Positions 32,600 to 44,876 are shown, numbered from the stretch's first letter. The stretch is 64,000 nucleotides of DNA from an archaeon (GCA_024278985.1 JAJRSC010000015.1:21836-85835); one strand, 5' to 3'. Made by a program: numbers and translations. Notes: generated by a model not told the origin, from the sequence alone.

Positions 32600-32926
32600 T
32601 TATGGAAGATACTTTTTAACTACTTCCAATATTTCCTCCCAGTTTTCAGGAAGGTCTCTTTTGTAGTATATAGCTCTTAAATCATCCTTATCTATAGGTA
32701 GGATATCTGCTATTTTTACAGCATCCTTTTCATCAATCCCCAGATTAATAAGTTCCTCCACCAATTTTTTGGCATCTTCTGAAGGAAGTTTTTTTAATTT
32801 TTGTAGATAATCTAAGGCACATCCTTGTTCATATGATAAGTCTCCTAATTCTGCTCTTTCCTTCATAATTTTGTAAGCCTCGGATATTGTAACGAATCTT
32901 TCTTCTAAAATCTTTTTTCCAACCAT
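32600..32926 (-). CDS. rpoF: RNA polymerase subunit Rpo4 (F)
   Basis: LSYEQ.ALDY, AVKIADILP. Confidence 0.92.
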   Translation of the reverse strand: MVGKKILEERFVTISEAYKIMKERAELGDLSYEQGCALDYLQKLKKLPSEDAKKLVEELINLGIDEKDAVKIADILPIDKDDLRAIYYKRDLPENWEEILEVVKKYLP

Positions 32927-32931
32927 ATTAA

Positions 32932-33228
32932 TCAGCACTGAACTGGTTTTAAGTGTTGTGGGTAAGCAATTAATATTTTTTCTTTACCTCCATCTCTAAT
33001 TTTAACTAAGAAAGCTTTTCCTTGCTTACCTACAACAATTCCAGTTTTTCCATGATATCTTGGATGTGGCATTCCTTTATGAACTGATGGGTCTATTTTT
33101 ATAGCAACATATTCCCCTTCTTTATACTCCTTTAATGCTCTTGTTATTGGGTAGAGTCCTCTTTCTCTTGGGTGTTTTGATAATTTTTTCCTTGTTTTTC
33201 TTCTAAATCCTTCACTCATTTGAACCAT
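32932..33228 (-). CDS. rpl21e: 50S ribosomal protein eL21
   Basis: [22 protein letters not shown]. Confidence 0.96.
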   Translation of the reverse strand: MVQMSEGFRRKTRKKLSKHPRERGLYPITRALKEYKEGEYVAIKIDPSVHKGMPHPRYHGKTGIVVGKQGKAFLVKIRDGGKEKILIAYPQHLKPVQC

Positions 33229-34492
33229 AATCCTCACCATTTTTATCATGAACTTTTAAAACATCTAACCATTTACAATAAGCTGGTTTTTTTAAAATAG
33301 AAGATACTGAGGGCCTTGTTCTTCCGTTATCTCCACTTATTAACTCTTTAATATAGAGCCCTCCATCACAATATATAGTCATCTCAAAATGATTATCATC
33401 TAACTTATTAGCTTTAACTTTATATACCTTACGCTTTCTTTCAATATCAGCCCTTCTATGTAAAACTCTTTTTGGTGTTTTTTGATAAATAATCCTATTA
33501 GTTAAGTTTTCTTCCAATTTTTTTAAATCTTCTTCAGTTATATTTTCAGATTTTACTATAGCTTTGTAAGTTTTTTTATGGGGTGTGTTTTTAAATATAA
33601 CCTTATCCTTTCTTTCTCCAAACTCCAAGTTGAGAACTTCAACTCTACCATCTTGAGAAATAATTTTTTCTAATTCTTTTAAATCTATTTTTCTTTTTTT
33701 AGGATTTTTAATTTCTAAAACAAAAGGTCTCCCATCTCCAAGCATTCTAACATCAATATCTTCTCTTCCAGCACCATGGAATCTATAATCCTCTCCTCCA
33801 GTAGCTTTTAAAATTGGTTCTCCAATAATTTGTTCAACAGATGTTAAATATTTTTTTCCTGTATAGTTACAATATTTACATCCTTTTCCTTTACAATATC
33901 CACATAACCATCTTGTTTGTGGAATTCCTCTTATTAACTTTCTATACCTTCCTTTAATAAAAAGAGGATTTATTTGTAATATAATAGATTCATCATAAGG
34001 ATTAATATGAATAACAATATCTGGCTTTTCTCTATTAGGTTTTTTATTTATTGTTTTTGCTAAGACCTTACCAAACTCTCTACCAAATTCCTGTTTTATA
34101 CTTTCCATATAAGGAAATTTTTCAGATAAATTTTGTTCTAACTCTTTAATTTCATCAGGAATATGGGTTCCAATTAAAAATGTATCAAATTCATAATCTT
34201 TTAATAACTTTAGGGTTTTATCTAACAGTGTTTTTATCTTTTCTTCTTTAAATATTCCTTTACACCAAATACAATTATTTTCATCTAAATTATAATTATT
34301 TTTTAGAATTTCTAAAATTTCTTTCTCTTCATCAGATATTTTATTTTCTTTTTCTTTTATTTCCAGTTCTATAATTTTAGATAATTTTAATGCCTTACCT
34401 CTTTCTAAGTTTGTTGCTCTAAATATCTTTCCCCATAATCTACCAAAACATCTATCACATAAATTAATCTCTTTTAATATTTCATAATTCAT
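33212..34492 (-). CDS. pus10: tRNA pseudouridine(54/55) synthase Pus10
   Basis: [36 protein letters not shown]. Confidence 0.95.
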   Translation of the reverse strand: MNYEILKEINLCDRCFGRLWGKIFRATNLERGKALKLSKIIELEIKEKENKISDEEKEILEILKNNYNLDENNCIWCKGIFKEEKIKTLLDKTLKLLKDYEFDTFLIGTHIPDEIKELEQNLSEKFPYMESIKQEFGREFGKVLAKTINKKPNREKPDIVIHINPYDESIILQINPLFIKGRYRKLIRGIPQTRWLCGYCKGKGCKYCNYTGKKYLTSVEQIIGEPILKATGGEDYRFHGAGREDIDVRMLGDGRPFVLEIKNPKKRKIDLKELEKIISQDGRVEVLNLEFGERKDKVIFKNTPHKKTYKAIVKSENITEEDLKKLEENLTNRIIYQKTPKRVLHRRADIERKRKVYKVKANKLDDNHFEMTIYCDGGLYIKELISGDNGRTRPSVSSILKKPAYCKWLDVLKVHDKNGEDYGSNE

Positions 34493-34504
34493 TTTAATCC
34501 CAGA

Positions 34505-35254
34505 TTATTTTATTTCTCCTAATTTAATTGCATCTTTACATATACATTCTCTTTTTCCAAATGGATAATTGACAAAATCATCAACTACCTTTAAAATCTT
34601 CTTTTCCATCTCATCAATCTTTTTTAAAACTTCTTCAACTGTTAATGGATTTTTAGATATACCACAGGCATAGTTTGTTATATTACAAATTGAAACATAA
34701 CACATTTCTAACTCTCTTGCTAAAACAACCTCAGGATATAGAGTCATTCCTACAACATCTCCAAGTGTTTTATAAAAACTTATTTCTTTCTTAGTTTCAA
34801 ATCTAGGCCCTTCTGTACATATGTAAGTTCCTTCAGAATATTCAAAGTTATTTTTATCTAATATACTTTTTAAAACTTTAATTAACTCAGGACAAAATGG
34901 ATATGTTAAATCAATATGAACAACTCTATCCTCATAAAAAGTTTCTTCTCTCTTCTTAGTAAATTCCATAAAATCATTTGGAATAAAAAAAGTTCCTGGC
35001 TTTAAAGAAAGATTTAAAGAACCAACAGAATTTATTGATAATATTCTTTCAACACCAAGTTTTTTTAATGCATATATATTTGCTCTATAGTTTATCTTAT
35101 GAGGAGGAATAGTATGTTTTTCTCCATGTCTTAATAATAAAACTATTTTATCATTTCTCATAACCTCGGCAGTTCCATAGGGGGTAGTAATGGTTTCTTT
35201 ATTATTAAGTTTTAGTATCTTATTAATTCCAGTACCTCCAATTATGGCAATCAA
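34505..35254 (-). CDS. MTAP-family purine nucleoside (methylthioinosine) phosphorylase
   Basis: IIGGTG, RHG.H..PPH.INYRAN, EGPRFET, VGMT.PE. Confidence 0.9.
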   Translation of the reverse strand: MIAIIGGTGINKILKLNNKETITTPYGTAEVMRNDKIVLLLRHGEKHTIPPHKINYRANIYALKKLGVERILSINSVGSLNLSLKPGTFFIPNDFMEFTKKREETFYEDRVVHIDLTYPFCPELIKVLKSILDKNNFEYSEGTYICTEGPRFETKKEISFYKTLGDVVGMTLYPEVVLARELEMCYVSICNITNYACGISKNPLTVEEVLKKIDEMEKKILKVVDDFVNYPFGKRECICKDAIKLGEIK

Positions 35255-35265
35255 TTACTCCACCT

Positions 35266-36048
35266 TTAGAATTTTTCAACAAATGCTTTAATTAGTTCAA
35301 TATTTTTATTTATTATTTTGTCAGCTTTATCCACTATTGTCTCATCTAAACAACTAATAGTTACTGCTGGTTTAGTAATTTCATCAAAAAATTTATTTAC
35401 ATCCTTCTCATCAAATAAGATTCCTTCATAATATCTTAAATTTGGAATTGCATATAATACACCATCTAATGCATTTATTTCTCTTGATGCATCTACAATT
35501 GTATCAATAGTTAATGTCATAGTCCCAGAAGTTTTTGAAACTCTTGATTTTCTATATGTCTTTAATATTCCTATTTTATCACATTTTAAAGACATTGCTC
35601 TTTTATTAGTGTTATCTACTTTGTATATATCTTCATCAAACACTCCCTTAGGGTCTTCAATAATTGCCACATTTGGAGAAAATTTTGATAAGAATTCTGG
35701 TTCTAATCCTCCTAATCCTGTTAAATCAATTAATAAATCAGGATTTATTTCTTTTTTTAAGAATTTTAATTTAAAGTCCTTTAAATGTAAAAATTTTATT
35801 TTCTCATCAAAAGCTATAAATCTCTCTAAAAACTCATGAATATCTACAATATAGATTCTTTCACTATATTCTTTTAAGTTTTTAGCTACATAATTACCCC
35901 ATAAATATACTCCAAAAATTACAGTTGTATTAAATTCTTCTCCTTCTAAAAAAGATTTTATAGCATTATATTTTTTCTTAGCTATTTCATTAATAACATC
36001 TATAACTTTAGTATTTGTTTCAACTGTCTTGACAGTTTCAGTTATCAT
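35266..36048 (-). CDS. hcgC: FeGP cofactor SAM-dependent methyltransferase HcgC
   Basis: ITETVKT, DLTGLGG, IEDP, KTSGTMTLT; paired with hcgB. Confidence 0.85.
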   Translation of the reverse strand: MITETVKTVETNTKVIDVINEIAKKKYNAIKSFLEGEEFNTTVIFGVYLWGNYVAKNLKEYSERIYIVDIHEFLERFIAFDEKIKFLHLKDFKLKFLKKEINPDLLIDLTGLGGLEPEFLSKFSPNVAIIEDPKGVFDEDIYKVDNTNKRAMSLKCDKIGILKTYRKSRVSKTSGTMTLTIDTIVDASREINALDGVLYAIPNLRYYEGILFDEKDVNKFFDEITKPAVTISCLDETIVDKADKIINKNIELIKAFVEKF

Positions 36049-36515
36049 TTTATATTCACCCCTACTCTTCTTAAGGCAGTTATTAATTCTTCTCTAACTT
36101 TTTCCTCAATATTCCTTTTATCTAAAGCAGAAGAAACTGATAAAGATGCCGATAATATCCTTCCTTTTTTGTCCAATATTACCAACATAGCTCCAGAACC
36201 TGGAACTCCTAACCTTCCTCTACTTATATAAATATCAGCATCTTCAGTATCAACTGCTATTAACCCCTTATATACTGCTGGCATTCTTGTTAAATCTGCC
36301 AACTCTGTATTTATATCAATCATTTTTATATCTGCCTTACATATCTTTTCCATAATAGATTTTATTACATTAAATTTTTTTTGGTTATTAGTTGATACAA
36401 CTATTTTTTTAGCATTTAAAATAGTATTTTTAATTCTTTCTACCTCTTCAATTTTGTCTCCTTTCCTTTTTTTAAATAATGACTCTAAATATGCATTTTT
36501 TATTATATCTTCCAT
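36045..36515 (-). CDS. hcgB: FeGP cofactor guanylyltransferase HcgB
   Basis: RKGDKIEE, ADLTRMPA, RGRLGVPGSG. Confidence 0.88.
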   Translation of the reverse strand: MEDIIKNAYLESLFKKRKGDKIEEVERIKNTILNAKKIVVSTNNQKKFNVIKSIMEKICKADIKMIDINTELADLTRMPAVYKGLIAVDTEDADIYISRGRLGVPGSGAMLVILDKKGRILSASLSVSSALDKRNIEEKVREELITALRRVGVNIK

Positions 36516-37387
36516 AATTTTCCAGCCTTAATTTCTTTTCTATATGCCTCCAATAATAAGTTTTCTTTACCAAGGTATTCAGCAACTGTTTTAAAATCAA
36601 TATCAATTTTTTTTCTAAAATTTTTATCTCTTAAAAGATGATGGTCTATAATAATTTCTGTATCAATGTTTGATATAATTTCTTTTAATGCCTCATTAGT
36701 TTTTTGTAAGTTCTTCTTTCCATATCTGAACATTAAATATGTTGGAGGTCCTCCAAGAAAAATAAGATTTGGCTTTTCTTTTAAAATAAATTCTTTTATT
36801 TCATCATATAATATTCCCTGTATATCTGAGGTATGTAAAAATTTAAAATCTTTATCTTTAACAAGAGTCATAACAACATATCCAAGTTTATCATCTTTAC
36901 CATGAGGAATAGGATTAGAAAATTTTAAAATAGTATTATCAAATTTAAACTCCCTACCATCAGAGTATTCTATTTTTTTTGCCAAAGTTTTTACATTTTT
37001 TAAAAACTCAGATGCCCTCTTTTTTTGACTTTCATTTATATATTTAGAAGGATGTTTAATAAGTAAAATTTTATCCTTATATAGGTCTTTTGCATAATCT
37101 TTAGACTCTAAATATATATCATCAAAAAATGGAGTATAGTGGTAATAATGATAATGTGAAATTATAACAACATCAGAAATTTTACAATATTTATTAATTA
37201 TATCTCTCAGTTCTCTTAAAGTTTTAAATTCTATCTCTGTAGGTTCTAATTTATATCTATCTGGAGCTATAGCAATCCCTGGGTCTATCATAATCTTTAA
37301 ATTATCTGTCTCTACATATGTAGCCATAGACCTAACTCCTAAACTTTCAGATGCCAATGGTAAAACTTTCATATATATCCTCTCCAA
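36503..37387 (-). CDS. UPF0282-type MBL-fold metallohydrolase
   Basis: ESLGVRSM, HYHYYH (HxHxDH expected), TSDIQG, DHHLLRD. Confidence 0.82.
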   Translation of the reverse strand: MERIYMKVLPLASESLGVRSMATYVETDNLKIMIDPGIAIAPDRYKLEPTEIEFKTLRELRDIINKYCKISDVVIISHYHYYHYTPFFDDIYLESKDYAKDLYKDKILLIKHPSKYINESQKKRASEFLKNVKTLAKKIEYSDGREFKFDNTILKFSNPIPHGKDDKLGYVVMTLVKDKDFKFLHTSDIQGILYDEIKEFILKEKPNLIFLGGPPTYLMFRYGKKNLQKTNEALKEIISNIDTEIIIDHHLLRDKNFRKKIDIDFKTVAEYLGKENLLLEAYRKEIKAGKLWKI

Positions 37388-37492
37388 TATTATAAGTGTT
37401 TGTAATAGTTCCTAATAATGAGATTATATAAAATAAAATATAAAAAATAAAAATTAACTATTTAATTAAAAAAATATTAAAAGTGAAGATTA

Positions 37493-38221
37493 ATGAAGTT
37501 TGATTTACATGTTCATACAATTGTAAGTAAATGTTCCCTAAATCCTATTTGGCTTTTAAGGAAGTTGTGTAGGAAATATAATATAGTTCCTGCTATATGT
37601 GACCATAATAAATTGACGAAATTGGATTTTGCAATTCCAGGAGAGGAAATAGCAACCAATAGAGGAGAGTTTATTGGGTTATTTTTAAATGAAGAAATAC
37701 CAAAAGGTTTGGATATTTATGAAGCAATTGATAGGGTGAAGGAACAGGATGGTTTAATTCTTATTCCTCATCCATTTGACCATCTAAGGAGTAGAAGTTT
37801 AATAAATTTCAATGTTCTTGAAGAGAAGGAATTTATAAAGAAGGTTGATATTGTTGAAGTGTTTAACAGCAGATGTAGAGATTTAAAACCAAATATATTA
37901 GCTTTAGAGTATGCTAAAAAGTATAATTTTCCTGTCTCTTTTGGAAGTGATTGCCATTTTTATTGGGAGTTAAATAAAGCATATATAAAACTTAATTTTG
38001 ATGATTTTGATAATCCAAAGCTATTTTTAAAAGAATTAGAAAAGATATCTCCTGAAATCTATAATTATAATAAAAATTTATATAAAAATCCTTGGAAAAC
38101 AGAACATTATTTTGGTATATTAGGAAATTCTAAAAATATTGAACTTTATAGTAAGGTATTAAAAAAAATTAGAAATCTATTTAATTTCAATTTTAAAAAT
38201 CCTAATATAATAGGTAGGTGA
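37493..38221 (+). CDS. PHP-domain protein
   Basis: DLHVHT, CDHN, GEEI, PHPF, GSDCH. Confidence 0.88.
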   Translation: MKFDLHVHTIVSKCSLNPIWLLRKLCRKYNIVPAICDHNKLTKLDFAIPGEEIATNRGEFIGLFLNEEIPKGLDIYEAIDRVKEQDGLILIPHPFDHLRSRSLINFNVLEEKEFIKKVDIVEVFNSRCRDLKPNILALEYAKKYNFPVSFGSDCHFYWELNKAYIKLNFDDFDNPKLFLKELEKISPEIYNYNKNLYKNPWKTEHYFGILGNSKNIELYSKVLKKIRNLFNFNFKNPNIIGR

Positions 38222-39357
38222 TTAAAATATTGGCAAATAGAGTAAAAAATATAAAACCATCTATGATTAGAGAGATTTTTAATTTATCTAATGAAAAATC
38301 CATAAACTTGGGTATTGGAGAGCCAGATTTTCCTACTCCTAAACATATAGTAGATGCTGCTAAAAATGCTTTAGATGCTGGAAAGACACATTACTCCCAT
38401 AATAAGGGAATCCCTGAGTTAAGAGAAGCAATATCTCAAAAGTTAAAAGAAGATTACAATATAGATACTGATATGGAAAATATAATGATAACTGCAGGAG
38501 CTTCAGAGGGTTTAATGTTGTTAATATTATCATTAATTGATAAAGGAGATGAGGCAATAATATTTAATCCTTCATTTGTTTCATACAGGGCATTAATTGA
38601 ATTAGCTGAAGGAAAGATAAAGGAAATAAATTTAGATGAAAATTTTGATGTAGATTTAGAAAAAATTAAAGAGTCTATAACCAAAAAAACAAAAATAATA
38701 ATCTTTAATTCTCCTGCAAATCCAACAGGAAAGGTTTATAACAAGGAGTTTATAAAAGGACTATGTGAAATAGCTGAGGATTATAATATAATTATATTGT
38801 CTGATGAGGTTTATGATAAAATCATTTATGATGAAAAAAAACATTACTCTCCTCTTCAATTCACTGATAATGCAGTATTAATAAATAGTTTTTCAAAAAC
38901 CTATGCCATGACTGGCTGGAGAGTTGGATATTTATGTGTCTCTGAATCTTTAGATAAAGAACTAAATTTAATAGATAGCATGATTAAAATACATCAATAT
39001 AGTTTTGCATGTGTTACTACATTCTCTCAATATGGTGCATTAAAAGCTATAACATCATCACAAAATTGTGTCAAGGAAATGGTAAGAGAGTTTAAAAGAA
39101 GGAGAGATTTAATATATAATGGTTTAAAAAAGATATTTAAAGTTAATAAGCCTGATGGAACTTTTTATATTTTTCCAGATGTTTCTGATTATGGAGATGG
39201 AAAAGAAATCTCTAAAAAAATTATAGAAAATGGAGTTTTATGTGTCCCAGGAGAAGCATTTGGAAGTAATGGAAAAAAATATATTAGATTTAGTTATGCA
39301 GCAAAATATGAAGATATTAAAAAAGCTTTGGAAATTATAGAAAATATATTTCAATAA
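38218..39357 (+). CDS. Class I PLP aminotransferase (aspartate aminotransferase-like)
   Basis: GEPDF, NSPANPTG, DEVY, SFSKTYAMTGWRVG. Confidence 0.93.
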   Translation: MIKILANRVKNIKPSMIREIFNLSNEKSINLGIGEPDFPTPKHIVDAAKNALDAGKTHYSHNKGIPELREAISQKLKEDYNIDTDMENIMITAGASEGLMLLILSLIDKGDEAIIFNPSFVSYRALIELAEGKIKEINLDENFDVDLEKIKESITKKTKIIIFNSPANPTGKVYNKEFIKGLCEIAEDYNIIILSDEVYDKIIYDEKKHYSPLQFTDNAVLINSFSKTYAMTGWRVGYLCVSESLDKELNLIDSMIKIHQYSFACVTTFSQYGALKAITSSQNCVKEMVREFKRRRDLIYNGLKKIFKVNKPDGTFYIFPDVSDYGDGKEISKKIIENGVLCVPGEAFGSNGKKYIRFSYAAKYEDIKKALEIIENIFQ

Positions 39358-39755
39358 TAAAACTTTATATTTACTTTTTTAGAGAGTGTTAAAGTGTTGT
39401 ATGTTATAACTATAGTATCAGTATAATTTGTAGGGTTATCATCTATTTTTATCCCATCTTTATAAGGTGTTAGTTTAATGATACTATTATTAATAACATT
39501 ATACTCCCTATTTCCAATAAGAATATTATAATTTATTGTTCCTATCTTAGGCATTTTAAAATATATTACTTCATTATTTGAATATGCCAATAAAGCAGAG
39601 TCTTCTAAATTGTCTAAAACATCACTTAATCTATCAGATTTTAATCCTACAAGTTCCTGAGATGTATTAAAGAATATTGTATATGATAAATATAATGAAA
39701 CTAATATTAATAATAAAAATGCCAAAACGGCATCTATAGCAATTTGTCCTCTCAT
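39351..39755 (-). CDS. Class III signal peptide (type IV pilin-like) protein
   Basis: MRG/QIAID followed by a hydrophobic helix. Confidence 0.75.
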   Translation of the reverse strand: MRGQIAIDAVLAFLLLILVSLYLSYTIFFNTSQELVGLKSDRLSDVLDNLEDSALLAYSNNEVIYFKMPKIGTINYNILIGNREYNVINNSIIKLTPYKDGIKIDDNPTNYTDTIVITYNTLTLSKKVNIKFYY

Positions 39756-39757
39756 AA

Positions 39758-40516
39758 CTATATACCAAATAAACTTTTTGCATTTTGATAGGATATTTTA
39801 CTTATTATCTCACTATTAATATTTTCAAGTTTCAATCTTAAAACAGTTCTTGGAACTGCTAAAACATCTGAAAAATTGGAAGATGTATCACTATTTAATA
39901 AAATTCTATCTGAAAAATCTATATTATCCTTAATAATCTCAACTGCTTCAGAGTGTGTTAATTTTCCAGGTTGTACTGTTAAACCAGCATAGTAGTTATT
40001 ATCTAAGACATCCTTAATAATTGATTTATTACAATGGTCTATAATTATTGGTATATTTATATCTAATGTTGAGAGTTCATCCAATATAATTTTAGTTATC
40101 TCCTCTTTATTTTTTCTTGGAGTATGAACAATTGCAGGATATTTTAAAGTATTTGAAAGTTCAACCTGCTTAATAAATACATCCCTCTCTAATTTATCTC
40201 CTTTTTCTAATCCTATCTCTCCAATTGCCACAACTCTATCATTATCAACAACATATTTTTTTATAAAGTTTAATGCTCTATCTATATCTGGAGGTATAGC
40301 CCTTGGATGTAGTCCTATTCCAATATAAACATTTAAACCAAGTTTTTTAGCCCTATTAATTTCACTAAAAACTTTTTCTATATGTGTTTCCCAAACTTCA
40401 TTTGTTTTCATTGGAAATGGGTCATGTGCAAGGGTAATAACACCCTTTAAAGTTAGAGCCATTAATTCCAAATCTTCCATACCTCTACAATCAATATGTG
40501 TATGAGTATCTATCAT
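39758..40516 (-). CDS. TatD-family hydrolase
   Basis: DTHTH, GLHP, GEIGL, HTPR, NSD. Confidence 0.88.
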   Translation of the reverse strand: MIDTHTHIDCRGMEDLELMALTLKGVITLAHDPFPMKTNEVWETHIEKVFSEINRAKKLGLNVYIGIGLHPRAIPPDIDRALNFIKKYVVDNDRVVAIGEIGLEKGDKLERDVFIKQVELSNTLKYPAIVHTPRKNKEEITKIILDELSTLDINIPIIIDHCNKSIIKDVLDNNYYAGLTVQPGKLTHSEAVEIIKDNIDFSDRILLNSDTSSNFSDVLAVPRTVLRLKLENINSEIISKISYQNAKSLFGI

Positions 40517-41112
40517 TTTTCCACCTTTCTACCAACAGGCATTAATAATAAAGGTTCTTCTTTAATATTTAAAATTCTTTTAATTTCATCATCATAAAAT
40601 GCTCCAACTGAGACAGTTCCTAAGTTTAAAGCAGTTGCCATTAAATAAACATTCTGAGCAACATGACCAACCTCCATATGGACATATCTAAATCCTCTTT
40701 CTCCATATACAGATATAGTTCTATAATAATCAGCTGCAATAATTAGAGTTATTGGGGCAACTGCAATAAACATTTGATTTAGTGAAGCTATTGCCAATTC
40801 TCTACTATATTCATTATCATCTATCATTTCAATTGAATGCTCTTCAGGAATATAATGATATAAACCCTCCTCTAAACCTAAAACATCTCTAATATTTATA
40901 TATATCTCCAATGGATAAGTAGCTCCTGCTGAAGGGACAGTTTTAAAACCCCTATCATCAGTTACTCCATAAGCAGCAAATAAAATATGAGATAGTTCTT
41001 TAATAGTTAGTGGCTCTCCTAAGTACTCTCTTATAGACCTTCTTTTTAATAATAGTTCTTCAAAATTTGTTAGTATTGGTTCAGGTAATTCCAATTTCAT
41101 AACAATCTCCAA
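40513..41112 (-). CDS. SagB/ThcOx-like nitroreductase-family protein
   Basis: [30 protein letters not shown]. Confidence 0.88.
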   Translation of the reverse strand: MEIVMKLELPEPILTNFEELLLKRRSIREYLGEPLTIKELSHILFAAYGVTDDRGFKTVPSAGATYPLEIYINIRDVLGLEEGLYHYIPEEHSIEMIDDNEYSRELAIASLNQMFIAVAPITLIIAADYYRTISVYGERGFRYVHMEVGHVAQNVYLMATALNLGTVSVGAFYDDEIKRILNIKEEPLLLMPVGRKVEK

Positions 41113-41244
41113 AATTTACATTATAACATTAAATATAATTTAATTCAAACATAATATATTATATTTATGGTATGCTTATGTTTTAGTTAATATTGACTAT
41201 AAATAAAGAATTATTAATAAAAAGAAATAAAAAGTGAGAATAAT

Positions 41245-41982
41245 ATGAAAGCACTTTTTATTTATCATAAAGGAAATTATAGGATGGAGAAATTTTATAA
41301 TCATCTTATAAATAGCCCAGAATTTTGTAAGATATGTAAAGATTGTTATAATTGTAGAGGAGATTGGAGTTATAAGGATTTTGTTAAAAAAGTTGAAATA
41401 AATTCTATTTATGAGGAGTTTATTGATGACCCAACTGAATATATTCCTAAACTTCCAGATGGGGATGTATGCATTGCTCAATTACATGAAGATTTATTAT
41501 ATGAACTGCCAGAAATATTAAAAGATTACAATTATAAGGCCTTAATAGTCCCTTCTGAAGAACCAAAAGATTTATCTCCTGGAATGAGAAAAAAATTAAA
41601 AGAATTGTGTAATAAATATAGTATTGAGTTTGCAAATCCTAAACCCTTCTGTTCTTTAAGAAAAGGTAATTATGAAACAATAAATAAATTTATAGATTTT
41701 TTTAAAATAGGATATCCTGAATTTGAGATTATTGTTGAGAATGATACAATTAAAGATATTAAGGTTATTATATCCACTCCCTGTGGGGAAAGTTATTATA
41801 TTGCCAAGAGATTGAAAGGTTTAAAAATAAATAATTTAGATAAAATTAAGGAGGAAATAGCTAATTCTCATCATAATTATCCATGCTTAGCAAGTATGGA
41901 AATAGATAAAGAACTTTATGACTCAATACTTCATAAAGCAGGTTATATTGCTTACTCTTCAATATTAGATAAGATTATTTAA
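41245..41982 (+). CDS. DUF166-family protein
   Basis: LHEDL, PKPFCSL, STPCG, HHNYPCLASM. Confidence 0.75.
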   Translation: MKALFIYHKGNYRMEKFYNHLINSPEFCKICKDCYNCRGDWSYKDFVKKVEINSIYEEFIDDPTEYIPKLPDGDVCIAQLHEDLLYELPEILKDYNYKALIVPSEEPKDLSPGMRKKLKELCNKYSIEFANPKPFCSLRKGNYETINKFIDFFKIGYPEFEIIVENDTIKDIKVIISTPCGESYYIAKRLKGLKINNLDKIKEEIANSHHNYPCLASMEIDKELYDSILHKAGYIAYSSILDKII

Positions 41983-42075
41983 ACAAAATTATTTTATACT
42001 ATTTTATTTTATATTTATTGTTCAACAATAATAAAAAATCTTTTTTAAATATATAAAAATGAGTGAGGTTTAAAA

Positions 42076-42372
42076 ATGACATTACCAAAAACAACGATTA
42101 AAAGAATTATGAAACAGTACACAAATTTAAATATATCTCAAGAAGCTGTAGATGAAATCTGTAAAATGTTGGAAGAGATTATAAAAGTAACTACTGAAGT
42201 TGCTGAAAAAAATGCTAAAAAAGAAGGAAGAAAAACAATTAAAGCAAGAGATATAAAAAATTGTGATGATGAAAGATTAAAAAAAAGAATATTAGAGTTA
42301 TGTGAAAGAACTGATAAAATGCCTATTCTCATAAAAGAAATGTTAAATGTAATAACATCTGAATTAGAGTGA
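42076..42372 (+). CDS. Archaeal histone with C-terminal extension (MJ1647 type)
   Basis: LPKTTIKRIMK..RKTIKARD histone fold plus ~27 aa extension. Confidence 0.9.
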   Translation: MTLPKTTIKRIMKQYTNLNISQEAVDEICKMLEEIIKVTTEVAEKNAKKEGRKTIKARDIKNCDDERLKKRILELCERTDKMPILIKEMLNVITSELE

Positions 42373-42376
42373 GACA

Positions 42377-43051
42377 GTGATAGCTGTTATTAAATTTTTA
42401 GGGAGTAACTGTGATTTAGATGTTTGTAAGGCTATACAATTAGCTGGAGGGTCTGCAGAACTTGTTTTTTATACACAGAAAAATTTAGATAAATATAATG
42501 GAGCAGTTATTCCTGGAGGATTTTCTTATGGTGACTATTTAAGGGCTGGGGCTATTGCTTCAAGAACTCCAATAATTAATGCCTTAAAAAAAATGATTGA
42601 TGAGGGAAAACCTGTATTGGGAATTTGTAATGGGGCTCAGATTGGTTTAGAAGCAGGTTTTTCTAAGGGAGTATTTACTGTAAATAAAAATGCAAGATTT
42701 ATATGTAAATGGGTATATATAAGAGTAGAAAATAATAAAACCCCTTTTACAAGATTTTATAAAAAAGGTGAGGTATTAAAAATTCCTATTGCTCATGCAG
42801 AAGGAAGATTTTATGCTGATGATGATACATTAGATTATCTTTATAAAAATAATATGATTGTTTTTAAATATTGTGATGAGACTGGAGAGGTTACTGAAAA
42901 GGCTAATCCAAATGGTTCATTGGACAACATAGCAGGAGTTTGTAATGAAAATTATAATTGTCTCCTACTAATGCCCCATCCTGAAAGAGCATCTCAAAAA
43001 ATTTTAGGAAGTGATGATGGTCTTAAAATGTTTAAGGGGATGCTGAAATGA
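42377..43051 (+). CDS. purQ: FGAM synthase glutaminase subunit PurQ
   Basis: GSNCD, GGFSYGDYLRAG, GICNG, MPHPER. Confidence 0.96.
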   Translation: MIAVIKFLGSNCDLDVCKAIQLAGGSAELVFYTQKNLDKYNGAVIPGGFSYGDYLRAGAIASRTPIINALKKMIDEGKPVLGICNGAQIGLEAGFSKGVFTVNKNARFICKWVYIRVENNKTPFTRFYKKGEVLKIPIAHAEGRFYADDDTLDYLYKNNMIVFKYCDETGEVTEKANPNGSLDNIAGVCNENYNCLLLMPHPERASQKILGSDDGLKMFKGMLK

Positions 43052-43494
43052 TTATTCTCTTAGATTTAAATGGCACTATTGCCTTAGATGGAAAAATTAT
43101 AGATGGGGTTAAGGAAAGACTAAATATATTAAAAGAGAAACATAAAATTTATATACTATCTGCTGATACATTTGGAACTTTAAAAGATATTGCCAAAGAT
43201 TTGGATGTTAGTTATATAAAAGTTGATAAAGAAAAATATTTTTCTGAATCTATTGCCAAGTTAATAATCTTAAAAGAACTAAAAAATAAATATAATGAAA
43301 AGGTTATTGCTATAGGAAATGGAAAAAATGATGAACTAATGCTTAAAGAGAGTGATTTAGGAATATGTGTTATTGGAAATGAAGGGGCTCATATAAAAAC
43401 TCTTTTATCTTCTGATGTTGTAGTCAATAATATTTTAGATGCCCTTGATTTAATAATAAAAGAGAAAAGATTAAAAGCAACTATAAGGGATTAA
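43048..43494 (+). CDS. Soluble P-type ATPase-like HAD phosphatase
   Basis: DLNGT, SAD, GNGKND motifs. Confidence 0.82.
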   Translation: MIILLDLNGTIALDGKIIDGVKERLNILKEKHKIYILSADTFGTLKDIAKDLDVSYIKVDKEKYFSESIAKLIILKELKNKYNEKVIAIGNGKNDELMLKESDLGICVIGNEGAHIKTLLSSDVVVNNILDALDLIIKEKRLKATIRD

Positions 43495-43496
43495 AT

Positions 43497-44855
43497 ATGG
43501 ATTTTTCTGAGTGGTATTCTTCTATTTTAGAGAGAGCAGAAATTTTTGATGTAAGATATCCAATAAAGGGATGTGGAGTTTATTTACCTTATGGTTTCAA
43601 GATAAGAAAATATACTTTTGAAATTTTAAGAAAATTGTTAGATGAGTCTAATCATGAAGAAACTTTATTTCCTCTATTAATTCCAGAGACATTATTAAAA
43701 AAAGAAAGTGAGCATATAAAAGGTTTTGAAGAAGAAGTTTATTGGGTAACTCATGGTGGAAGTAAAGAGCTTGATGTTAAACTTGCCCTAAGACCTACAT
43801 CAGAAACCTCTATTTATTATATGATGAAACTCTGGGTTAAAGTTCATACCGACTTACCAATAAAAATTTATCAAATAGTAAATACATTTAGATACGAAAC
43901 AAAACACACAAGACCTTTAATAAGATTAAGAGAAATAATGACCTTTAAAGAAGCACATACAGCTCATGCAACAGAAGAAGAGGCAGAGGAACAAGTTAAA
44001 GAGGCAATTAATATATATAAAAAGTTTTTTGATTCTATTGGTATTCCTTACTTAATCTCCAAAAGACCAGAATGGGATAAATTCCCTGGAGCAAAATATA
44101 CCATTGCCTTTGATACTATATTTCCAGATGGTAGGGCAATACAAATAGGGACTATTCATAATTTAGGACAGCATTTTTCCAAGGCATTTGAAATAATATT
44201 TGAAACTCCAATAGGAGAGCATGACTTTGCATATCAAACATGTTATGGAATCTCTGACAGGGCAATAGCATCAATTATTGCTATACATGGAGATGAAAAA
44301 GGTCTCATACTTCCTCCAACAGTTGCTCCTTACCAAATAGTTATAATTCCTCTTATCTTTAAGGGAAAAGAAGAGGAAGTTTTAAATAAAGCTAAGGAAA
44401 TATATCAAATGTTAAAAGATAAATTTAGAGTTTATTTAGATGATAGAGATTTAAGACCCGGAAAAAAATTTAATGAGTGGGAACTTAAAGGAGTTCCTTT
44501 AAGAATTGAAATAGGGCCTAAAGATATAGAGAATAAAAAAATTACTTTATTTAGAAGAGACACTTTAGAAAAGTTTCAAGTTGATGAAAATAATATTGAA
44601 GAAATAGAAAAAACTTTAAATAACATTATTGAAAACCTTAAAAAAAGAGCTTGGGAAAAATTTGAGAATAATATATATATCGTTGAAAATCTTGATGATG
44701 TAAAAAAATATTTAGAAGAAAAAAAAGGCATTGTTTTAGTGCCTTATGATGAAAATATATATAATCAAAAACTTGAGGAGATTGTTGAAGGAACTATTTT
44801 AGGAGTAACTGAGTATAAAGGAAATAAATATATAAGTATAGCTAAAACATATTAA
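43497..44855 (+). CDS. proS: Prolyl-tRNA synthetase
   Basis: [29 protein letters not shown]. Confidence 0.97.
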   Translation: MDFSEWYSSILERAEIFDVRYPIKGCGVYLPYGFKIRKYTFEILRKLLDESNHEETLFPLLIPETLLKKESEHIKGFEEEVYWVTHGGSKELDVKLALRPTSETSIYYMMKLWVKVHTDLPIKIYQIVNTFRYETKHTRPLIRLREIMTFKEAHTAHATEEEAEEQVKEAINIYKKFFDSIGIPYLISKRPEWDKFPGAKYTIAFDTIFPDGRAIQIGTIHNLGQHFSKAFEIIFETPIGEHDFAYQTCYGISDRAIASIIAIHGDEKGLILPPTVAPYQIVIIPLIFKGKEEEVLNKAKEIYQMLKDKFRVYLDDRDLRPGKKFNEWELKGVPLRIEIGPKDIENKKITLFRRDTLEKFQVDENNIEEIEKTLNNIIENLKKRAWEKFENNIYIVENLDDVKKYLEEKKGIVLVPYDENIYNQKLEEIVEGTILGVTEYKGNKYISIAKTY

Positions 44856-44876
44856 TTTATTTTTATAGGTGAGACA

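Noticed and set aside
40513-41112. SagB-like gene as part of an azole RiPP cluster linked to the peptides
   Set aside because: 13 kb away in housekeeping context, with no YcaO or precursor peptide nearby
42076-42372. Histone with C-terminal extension as a novelty
   Set aside because: Matches the already described MJ1647-type histone variant
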